In this document: positions 57,301 through 64,000 of the stretch, piece after piece
Numbering within the stretch: the stretch's first letter is position 1
Layout: each line of letters opens with the position of its first letter
From: an uncultured Candidatus Saccharibacteria bacterium
GTDB taxonomy: Bacteria; Patescibacteriota; WWE3; UBA101185; UBA10185
Length of the DNA: 64,000 bases
Direction: 5' to 3'
Assembly (NCBI GenBank): GCA_964540135.1
Contig: CAZILK010000001.1
Location: forward strand, 17,843-81,842
Made by a program: the position numbers and the translations under genes
The notes under the pieces: generated by a model
What the model saw: only the letters and a program-made list of their open reading frames with translations
Told to the model about the DNA's origin: nothing
Databases searched by the model: none

Positions 57301-58707
57301 ATGATTCTGCCAACAAGTATTTTTCGAAGATATGATATTCGCGGCGTCTACCCTGAGGAAATAAATGAAGCAGCAGCTCTGCATATCGGTCGTGGCTTTG
57401 GGACTTTTTTCAACTCAAAAGGTATTAAGAATATAGTTGTGGGCAGGGATAATAGACTAAGCTCGCCATCGGTTGCTAAAAACTTTATTGAGGGTGTTTT
57501 AAGCACCGGTTGTAATGTTACGTTTATAGATATTACTCTAACCCCAGTTATTCATTTTTTAACATGCACAGGAAGCTTTGACGCCGGAATAATGGTTACG
57601 GCAAGTCATAATCCTGCAAACTTTAATGGGTTTAGAGTCGATTATAAAAATGCAGTACCGCTTCATGGAACCGATCTTAAGCAGATCGAAAGCATAATAA
57701 CTAAAGAGGATTATATTGAGGGTGAGGGGTTACTTCTTGAACAAGATTTAAATTATCTATATACAGATTTCCTGAAAACTAAATTCCCAAATCTCGCTAA
57801 ACTTAAAGTTGTTATTGATACAGGGAATGGCGCTGCGTCAGTTATAGCGCCGAAGTTTTTTACAGAACTTGGGTGTGAAGTTATAGGAAGTAACACCGAT
57901 ATCGCGGGTGGTTTTAAACTTGGGATACCGGATCCTGAAGATCCACTTATGATGGAGAGGGTATCAAAAGAAGTATTAGACAGTGGTGCAGAGACTGGCT
58001 TTGCCTTTGATGAAGACGCTGACCGGTTTGGCCTTGTTGATTCTCAAGGTCTTCATTATGGATCCGATAAAGTTCTGATGCTTTTTGCCAAAAATGAACT
58101 TGAGAGAAAAAAGGGAGTAATTGTTTTTGATGTTAAATCTTCGCAAACATTGTATAACTTTATTCAAAGTGAGGGCGGTGTGCCTAAAATGATTAGAACC
58201 GGGCACCCTTTTTTTGTTGAAGAAACTGGCAAAGGCGCTATCCTTGGGGCTGAATTCTCTGGCCATTTTTATTTTGCAAATGATTACTACGGGTTTGATG
58301 ACGGACTTTACGCAGCATGCAAGGTACTTGAAATCCTATCAAAGACAAAGCGCCCGCTTTCAAACTTAATGGAAGAGTTTCCAAAGACATACCATACCGG
58401 TGAGATTAAAGTAACATGTGATGATGCCTCAAAATACTCGATTCTTGAAACACTAACTAAAACTGTTGGGAATATGTCAAGTGGTTACCAAAGATTTGTA
58501 GCTCTTGACGGCTTGCGGGTTAATATTACTGATACTGGATGGTTTCTGATCAGAGCATCTAATACATCCCCGTATTTAAGTATCAGACTTGAAGGTGAAA
58601 ATCTCTCTGTAACTAAACTGCTTCAAGAAAAAGTGTTTCAAATGCTTGACCCGTTTGGTTTAACAGATTCTCATCTTGTTTTAGAAAGTAAGATATTCTA
58701 TTCATAG
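57301..58707 (+). CDS. Phosphomannomutase/phosphoglucomutase (alpha-D-phosphohexomutase family)
   Basis: Active-site loop GIMVTASHNPANFNGFRV (TASHNP), metal-binding DEDADR, sugar-binding GEFSGH. Confidence 0.88.
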   Translation: MILPTSIFRRYDIRGVYPEEINEAAALHIGRGFGTFFNSKGIKNIVVGRDNRLSSPSVAKNFIEGVLSTGCNVTFIDITLTPVIHFLTCTGSFDAGIMVTASHNPANFNGFRVDYKNAVPLHGTDLKQIESIITKEDYIEGEGLLLEQDLNYLYTDFLKTKFPNLAKLKVVIDTGNGAASVIAPKFFTELGCEVIGSNTDIAGGFKLGIPDPEDPLMMERVSKEVLDSGAETGFAFDEDADRFGLVDSQGLHYGSDKVLMLFAKNELERKKGVIVFDVKSSQTLYNFIQSEGGVPKMIRTGHPFFVEETGKGAILGAEFSGHFYFANDYYGFDDGLYAACKVLEILSKTKRPLSNLMEEFPKTYHTGEIKVTCDDASKYSILETLTKTVGNMSSGYQRFVALDGLRVNITDTGWFLIRASNTSPYLSIRLEGENLSVTKLLQEKVFQMLDPFGLTDSHLVLESKIFYS

Positions 58708-58731
58708 GAGTGTTTGTGCTATCCTTACATT

Positions 58732-61014
58732 ATGAATAAAAAAACTGCCCAAATTCTATGGTTTAAAGAAATTTCAAAAAACGATATCCCACTTGTTGGT
58801 GGAAAAGGTGCCAACCTTGGAGAGATGTTTGTTGCAAAAATCCCTGTTCCTGATGGCTTTGTTGTTACAGCAAAAGCCTATTACGACTTTTTACAAAAAA
58901 CTTCACTCAAAAAGAAAATTCTAACAGAGCTTTCAGGGCTTGATGTTAATAAATCAAAAGACCTGATGGCAGCATCTGAGAAGATCAAAACAGCAATTCT
59001 TGCAGCAGAGATGCCAAAAGACTTAGCAACCGCTATTAAAAAAGCGTATCACGAGCTGTGTGGTGAAAGTGATAGGTTTGTGGCAGTTAGATCATCTGCA
59101 ACAGCAGAAGACCTGCCTGATGCCTCATTTGCTGGTCAACAAGAAACTTATCTTAATATAAAAGGCTATGAAGATGTTGTTAAAAATGTACAGAAATGCT
59201 GGGCATCGCTTTTTGAATCAAGAGCGATATTTTACAGAACCGATAAAGGTTTTAATCATATGAAAGTTGGAATTGCAGTACCAATACAGCTTATGATCCA
59301 ATCAGAAGTCTCAGGCATTATGTTTACCGTTAACCCTTTAACTAACAGCCGCGAAGAAATATCTATTGAAGCGGCGTACGGTCTTGGTCAACCTGTAGTT
59401 TCTGGTGAATTAACCCCCGATCAATACATTGTTGGGAAAAAAGCATGGGATATTAATTATAAATATATAGCAACCCAAACATGGCAGTTTACTCTTGGCG
59501 GCAATGCTCCTGTCTCTGCCGCATATCAAGACAAACAAAAAATGGACGATGCAAGGATCATTGAGCTTGCCAAAATCGGAGCTCATGTTGAAGAGCATTA
59601 TAAAATGCCAATGGATATTGAATGGGGACTCGAGAATAGAAAACTATACATAGTACAGGCTCGCCCTGTCACAACCCTTAGTTTTCAAAGCAATGCCGAT
59701 GATTTGAAGGTAGATGAGTCTAAGCATCCAAAGCTCCTTCTTGAAGGACTTGGAGCATCCCCTGGGGTAGCTTCAGGTAAGGTGGTCATTGTTAAAAATC
59801 CATCTGAAATTGATCTTGTTAAACAAGGCGATATTTTAGTTGCTGAAATGACAAATCCGGACTACGTTCCGGCAATGAGAAGAGCATCTGCCATTCTAAC
59901 TGATAAAGGCGGTCGTACTTCTCATGCTGCAATTGTTAGCAGAGAACTTGGTATTCCGGCTGTTGTTGGCTCGATTCATGCAACCTCGATTTTATCTCTT
60001 GGAGAGCTTATTACTGTTGATGGTTTTGACGGTAAAGTCTATGAAGGGGATGTTACAGCAGTAAATGAGAAACGCGAAAAAATAGTATCACTGGCAGAGC
60101 TTGAGATTAAAACTGCAACAAAGATCTATATGAATCTTGCAGAACCTGAACTTGCTGAAGAGATGGCAATGAGAAGAGTTGACGGTGTTGGTCTTTTACG
60201 AGCTGAATTTATGATTGCAGCAATTGGAACTCACCCAAGAAAGTTTATTGAAGATGGTCAGTCGCAAGAATTTACAGATAAACTATCTGAAGGTATGGAG
60301 AGATTTGCTAAAGCATTTAACCCAAGACCGGTTGTATATCGTGCAACTGATTTTAGATCCAATGAATACAAGAACCTTAAAGGTGGGGCAAAGTATGAGC
60401 AAGATGAGTTTAATCCGATGATTGGGTTTAGAGGAACTGGAAGGTATCTTGTTGATGATGAGGTTTTTAAACTTGAAATTGACGCTATGCTTAATGTTCG
60501 AAATAAACTAGGGTATAAGAATCTATATCTGATGCTTCCGTTTGTTAGAACTCTTGATCAATTAAGAGAATGCAAGAAGCTTTTATCTTCGTACGGCCTG
60601 CGTCGAAGTGGCAATTTTAAATTATGGATGATGGTTGAAATACCTTCTAATGTCATTTTACTTGATGAGTTTATTGATGAGGGAATTGATGGAGTGTCTG
60701 TTGGTACTAATGATTTAACAATGTTAACTCTTGGAGTTGATCGTGATAATGAGAAGGTTGCAAATATATACTCTGAGATGGATCCTGCAGTTCTCAAATC
60801 ACTAGAGAAGATTGTAACTACATGCAGAAAAAGAGACATTACGTGTTCAATCTGTGGCCAAGCCCCATCTGTATATCCGGAAATGGTTGAAATGCTTGTT
60901 GAGTGGGGTATAACTTCGGTTTCTGTTAGCCCTGATGTTTTAGAAAAAACTCGTAAGATAGTTTATGATGTTGAACAAAAAGCACTAAAAGCAAAAAAGA
61001 TAAAACACAAATGA
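58732..61014 (+). CDS. ppsA: Phosphoenolpyruvate synthase (pyruvate, water dikinase)
   Basis: N-terminal ILWFKEISKNDIPLVGGKGANLGEM, phosphohistidine domain GGRTSHAAIVSRELGIPAVVG, C-terminal PEP-utilising TIM-barrel domain; a TTG start at 58714 is also possible. Confidence 0.85.
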   Translation: MNKKTAQILWFKEISKNDIPLVGGKGANLGEMFVAKIPVPDGFVVTAKAYYDFLQKTSLKKKILTELSGLDVNKSKDLMAASEKIKTAILAAEMPKDLATAIKKAYHELCGESDRFVAVRSSATAEDLPDASFAGQQETYLNIKGYEDVVKNVQKCWASLFESRAIFYRTDKGFNHMKVGIAVPIQLMIQSEVSGIMFTVNPLTNSREEISIEAAYGLGQPVVSGELTPDQYIVGKKAWDINYKYIATQTWQFTLGGNAPVSAAYQDKQKMDDARIIELAKIGAHVEEHYKMPMDIEWGLENRKLYIVQARPVTTLSFQSNADDLKVDESKHPKLLLEGLGASPGVASGKVVIVKNPSEIDLVKQGDILVAEMTNPDYVPAMRRASAILTDKGGRTSHAAIVSRELGIPAVVGSIHATSILSLGELITVDGFDGKVYEGDVTAVNEKREKIVSLAELEIKTATKIYMNLAEPELAEEMAMRRVDGVGLLRAEFMIAAIGTHPRKFIEDGQSQEFTDKLSEGMERFAKAFNPRPVVYRATDFRSNEYKNLKGGAKYEQDEFNPMIGFRGTGRYLVDDEVFKLEIDAMLNVRNKLGYKNLYLMLPFVRTLDQLRECKKLLSSYGLRRSGNFKLWMMVEIPSNVILLDEFIDEGIDGVSVGTNDLTMLTLGVDRDNEKVANIYSEMDPAVLKSLEKIVTTCRKRDITCSICGQAPSVYPEMVEMLVEWGITSVSVSPDVLEKTRKIVYDVEQKALKAKKIKHK

Positions 61015-61062
61015 AAGTCACCTGGGTACTAAATACTTCTTATTGTAGTATTTCGTTTTCTT

Positions 61063-62301
61063 ATGCCGAAAATTAAAGAAATAACCTGCCATAAAGTTGT
61101 TAACTCCAGAGGTGACTGGACTATTAATACTAGAGTAGCACTTGAGAACGGAGCATTTGGCGAGCAGACAATACCTGACGGTGCTTCAAAAGGTACCCAC
61201 GAAGCAATTTCAATCCCAGTCCCTAAAGCTGTTGATGTTGTTTCCAGTGCACTTAATGAAGCTCTACAAGGGGTTATGGTTTATGATCAAGTTCAGATTG
61301 ATCGTATTATGCTTGAGATAGACGGTACCCATAATAAGCGTAATCTTGGAGGTAATAGTATACTTTCTGTTTCAATGGCATGCGCGAAAGCAGCAGCCAA
61401 TAGCAAAAAGCTTCCATTGTTTGGATATTTAAATACTCTTTATCAAACCTATACTAATTCAAAATGTGCGGCAAAGCTTCCAACCCCAGTGTTTAATGTT
61501 ATAAACGGGGGACTTCATGCGCGAAATAACCTATCATTTCAAGAATTCATGGTGATTCCATCAATGGGCTTTCCGTATGAGAAAGCTTTAGAAGTTGGAG
61601 TATCCAGCTACCATCTTTTAAGGGATCTGCTTGAGAAAGAAAAGTTTGAAGTTGCAGTTGGGGATGAAGGAGGATTTGCACCAGAGGGGTTTAATCCGGA
61701 AAAAGCACTTGAGTTTATAAAAAAAGCAGTTTCAGCAAAATTTGTTTCTGGAGCTGATATTTTTTTTGGGATGGATGTTGCAGCAGGTTCATTTTGCAAA
61801 CAGCATTACTACTATTTGCACGAGTTAGATAAAAGGTTTAGTGGTGAGGAGCTAGTTGCCTATTATGTGGATCTACTTAAAAGATATGAACTGATCTATT
61901 TAGAAGATCCGTTTTATGAAGATCACTTTGATTTCTGGGCAACTCTTAACGTAAGACTTGGTAAAAGATTGATGATTGTTGGTGATGATCTTGTTGTTAC
62001 AAATAAAAAGCTGCTCCAAAAGATACTTCCGAAAAACTTAATCAATGCAGTAATAGTTAAACCAAATCAAGTGGGTACTCTAACCGAGACATTTGATTTT
62101 GTTAAACTTGCTAAAGACAATGAGCTAACATTAATTTTGTCGCATAGAAGCGGAGATACTGCCGAAGATACTTTTATCGCAGATCTTTCTGTTGCAGTTG
62201 GTGCTCAGTTTATGAAAGCAGGTTCGCCAGCAAGAGGGGAAAGAGTCGCTAAATATAATAGACTGCTTGAGATTAAAAGAGAGCTAGATAAGACTAGATA
62301 G
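61063..62301 (+). CDS. eno: Enolase (phosphopyruvate hydratase)
   Basis: SRGDWTINTRV, PDGASKG, VGDDLVVTN, VKPNQVGTLTET, SHRSGDTAEDTFIADLSVA match the enolase signature blocks. Confidence 0.88.
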   Translation: MPKIKEITCHKVVNSRGDWTINTRVALENGAFGEQTIPDGASKGTHEAISIPVPKAVDVVSSALNEALQGVMVYDQVQIDRIMLEIDGTHNKRNLGGNSILSVSMACAKAAANSKKLPLFGYLNTLYQTYTNSKCAAKLPTPVFNVINGGLHARNNLSFQEFMVIPSMGFPYEKALEVGVSSYHLLRDLLEKEKFEVAVGDEGGFAPEGFNPEKALEFIKKAVSAKFVSGADIFFGMDVAAGSFCKQHYYYLHELDKRFSGEELVAYYVDLLKRYELIYLEDPFYEDHFDFWATLNVRLGKRLMIVGDDLVVTNKKLLQKILPKNLINAVIVKPNQVGTLTETFDFVKLAKDNELTLILSHRSGDTAEDTFIADLSVAVGAQFMKAGSPARGERVAKYNRLLEIKRELDKTR

Positions 62302-62989
62302 AATATGCTTCGTAATCTTGACCAAGGGGTGTTTCAAGATGAGCTATTTCTTCTTCCGTAAGATTTGGTTCAAAGTACTTTCTAAAACCCCGTATGCTAT
62401 TTCCGTGACATGAGATTGCAACATTAACGTTACCCGCTCTCATTAGAGGAAGAATTTCATCACAAAAGTCCTTAACACGCAACACAACTTCCGCGACACT
62501 TTCGCCTTTTTGTACTTTATAGTGATAATCTCTTCTGATCTTTTCTGTTAATTCAGGATTTTCTAGATATTGTTCTAATTTGCTTTTACCCTGCATAACA
62601 CCGTAACATCTTTCTTTTATTCTTGGATCTGTGTCTATAGAAAGCTTTCTTGCAGTTTTATTTAAACAGATTGCAATAAGCATTGTGTCGTAGGCTCTTA
62701 TTTGGGGGGAGGAGATCAGCATATCTATTTTTTTATCTCTAATTAGTTCTGCAATCTTTAGAGCCTGCATCATACCGGTTTCTGTAAGCTTAGCCTCTCG
62801 CCATCCTGAGAATATAAAATTCTTATTGTCTTCAGATTCTCCATGTCTAAAGATATATAGAGTTGGTTTCCCCGCCACTTCTTTTTTTGGCATCACTGAT
62901 GGGTTTTTATAAAGTAAAAATTCAACAGCAGCATCTACCCTTTCTTTGGAGTATTTTTTGTACAGTAATTCTAGATCTTGGGCAGTCAC
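62294..62989 (-). CDS. Histidine phosphatase family protein (phosphoglycerate mutase-like)
   Basis: LYIFRHGESEDN (RHG catalytic motif), second His region ISCHGNSIRG; 231 aa; convergent with eno (8-nt overlap). Confidence 0.75.
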   Translation of the reverse strand: MTAQDLELLYKKYSKERVDAAVEFLLYKNPSVMPKKEVAGKPTLYIFRHGESEDNKNFIFSGWREAKLTETGMMQALKIAELIRDKKIDMLISSPQIRAYDTMLIAICLNKTARKLSIDTDPRIKERCYGVMQGKSKLEQYLENPELTEKIRRDYHYKVQKGESVAEVVLRVKDFCDEILPLMRAGNVNVAISCHGNSIRGFRKYFEPNLTEEEIAHLETPLGQDYEAYSI

Positions 62990-63047
62990 ATATCTATGGT
63001 AGCACTCTAAGGTGAGTTTGAGTACTCACAAACATCTTGCATCAAAT

Positions 63048-63075
63048 TTGCATTTTCATGATAAATAAATATAAT
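63048..63075 (+). promoter_or_regulatory. Sigma70-like promoter (TTGCAT-N16-TATAAT) 6 nt upstream of the ATG at 63082
   Basis: TTGCAT at 63048-63053 (a second copy at 63037-63042), TATAAT at 63070-63075, ATG at 63082. Confidence 0.35.
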
Positions 63076-63081
63076 ACGGGT

Positions 63082-63273
63082 ATGGAAACCTACGATCCAA
63101 CTAAAGAAAACACATCATTACAGGCTGATGCAGCAAGTGCTAAACTTGCTCCAGACGCTATAGTTCCGCGTGCTGCGATATTAAACGTTATAACCGGTGA
63201 GGAAAGGACTATAACAGTTGGAGATCTGACAGATGTCTTAGAGTTATTCCTAGTTGAAGACCCGGAAGAGTAG
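63082..63273 (+). CDS. Small acidic hypothetical protein (63 aa)
   Basis: Start at METYDPTK directly after the promoter; the ORF-track upstream Met overlaps the promoter elements. Confidence 0.35.
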   Translation: METYDPTKENTSLQADAASAKLAPDAIVPRAAILNVITGEERTITVGDLTDVLELFLVEDPEE

Positions 63274-63274
63274 T

Positions 63275-63904
63275 TTAATTATATTTCCTAATAACACCAG
63301 TTACTTTCCCTTGAATACTTAGGGTAGCGGCGTCCACAATAATTGGATCCATCTTATCATTTGCAGGTTGGAGCCTTATCTTGCCGTTCTTTTCTCTATA
63401 AAAGGTCTTAAGTGTGGCAAACCCATTATCAATTAACGCAACAACAATATCACCATCTTCTGCTGTATTTTGCTGTTGAATCACAACATAGTCACCGTTA
63501 AAGATACCCTCATTAATCATAGAATCGCCCTTTACTTGGAGGACATAAGAGCGCTTAACCTTGGAAACAAGGTCAGCTGAAACAAGAATTGTATCTATAG
63601 GGTTTTCAATTGCTTCAATTGGTTCTCCAGCTGCAATATAGCCGACAAGAGGAAGTTCTATTCCGCTAACACTCACGCTTACTGTTTCATCTGTAATCTC
63701 AATGCCGCGAACAGCACCGTCAAAACGTCTAATCATACCCTTTTTTTCAAGAGCTTGTAGATGCTCATGTACTGTCGCAAGTGAGGAGAGATTCATTGCT
63801 CCTGCAATTTCTTGAAGAGTTGGGGAAGTAGCGTTTTGTTGGATGTATTGAGATATATAATCTAGGATTTCTCTTTGTCTTTTGTATAGTGTTACTGGTG
63901 ACAT
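63275..63904 (-). CDS. lexA: LexA repressor (S24 peptidase, SOS regulator)
   Basis: N-terminal wHTH (TLYKRQREILDYI...SPTLQEIAGAM...HLQALEKKG), cleavage region and S24 catalytic VKGDSM ... K; start at ATG 63904 because the ORF-track TTG start overlaps the -10 element. Confidence 0.88.
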   Translation of the reverse strand: MSPVTLYKRQREILDYISQYIQQNATSPTLQEIAGAMNLSSLATVHEHLQALEKKGMIRRFDGAVRGIEITDETVSVSVSGIELPLVGYIAAGEPIEAIENPIDTILVSADLVSKVKRSYVLQVKGDSMINEGIFNGDYVVIQQQNTAEDGDIVVALIDNGFATLKTFYREKNGKIRLQPANDKMDPIIVDAATLSIQGKVTGVIRKYN

Positions 63905-63930
63905 ATACTTTGGGTTTCTTTCGTGTTTCA

Positions 63931-63960
63931 ACTATACCGAAGCTTAACCGAAGTTGTCAA
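63931..63960 (-). promoter_or_regulatory. lexA promoter (TTGACA-N18-TATAGT) with candidate autoregulatory SOS operator (TTCGG-N6-TTCGG direct repeat) in the spacer
   Basis: Minus strand reads TTGACA-acttcggttaagcttcgg-TATAGT then a 26-nt leader and ATG; same repeat architecture as the dinB-operon promoter. Confidence 0.45.
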
Positions 63961-64000
63961 GGGGTTTCTTCATGTGTTATATTATATAGGTTATGACAGA

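Noticed and set aside
63929-63931. TTG start codon for lexA given by the ORF track
   Set aside because: The TTG overlaps the -10 element (TATAGT) of the lexA promoter; the ATG at 63904 with a 26-nt leader is more plausible
1-64000. Search for CRISPR arrays, tRNA/rRNA genes, transposases/integrases and prophage genes
   Set aside because: No regularly spaced direct repeats, no tRNA-like T-loop or acceptor structures in intergenic regions, and no transposase, integrase or recombinase motifs were found by eye; the window appears free of mobile elements

Overview
The window is low GC (roughly 35-38%) and gene-dense, with no rRNA, tRNA, CRISPR array or recognisable mobile element. The organism is probably a low-GC bacterium, possibly a Patescibacteria/CPR-like lineage, but that cannot be proven from sequence alone.

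Positions 256-43220 form one very large cell-surface glycan assembly island. It carries a GDP-fucose pathway (gmd, fcl) with a GT11 alpha-1,2-fucosyltransferase, about 12 Leloir glycosyltransferases (GT2/GT4/CgeB-like), and six class I SAM methyltransferases. It also has an AsnB-type amidotransferase, a Wzx-like flippase, a PglC-type initiating phosphoglycosyl transferase, and a GtrB/ArnC-type polyprenyl-phosphate sugar synthase. At least seven large polytopic membrane proteins are present: several GT-C-like, two tandem paralogues, and one unusual O-antigen-ligase/ArnT-like fusion of 975 aa.

The right-hand third is core genome. It contains recO and a LexA-type SOS operon of a small unknown protein plus dinB. 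Next come a GC-rich, probably non-coding structured region, glyQS, and a Rel-family protein with a degenerate hydrolase motif. These are followed by a reduced dcw cluster (mraZ-rsmH-ftsL-ftsI) abutting an LCP gene, and galU. After that lie a stand-alone receiver plus histidine kinase pair, a phosphohexomutase, ppsA, eno and a histidine phosphatase. A small acidic ORF and lexA lie at the right edge.

Several promoters are consensus sigma70-like and placed only 6-10 nt upstream of the start codon, so the mRNAs look leaderless. A shared TTCG-N7-TTCGG direct repeat sits in the promoter spacer of both lexA and the dinB operon. A 10-bp-phased TGG repeat array lies upstream of mraZ.
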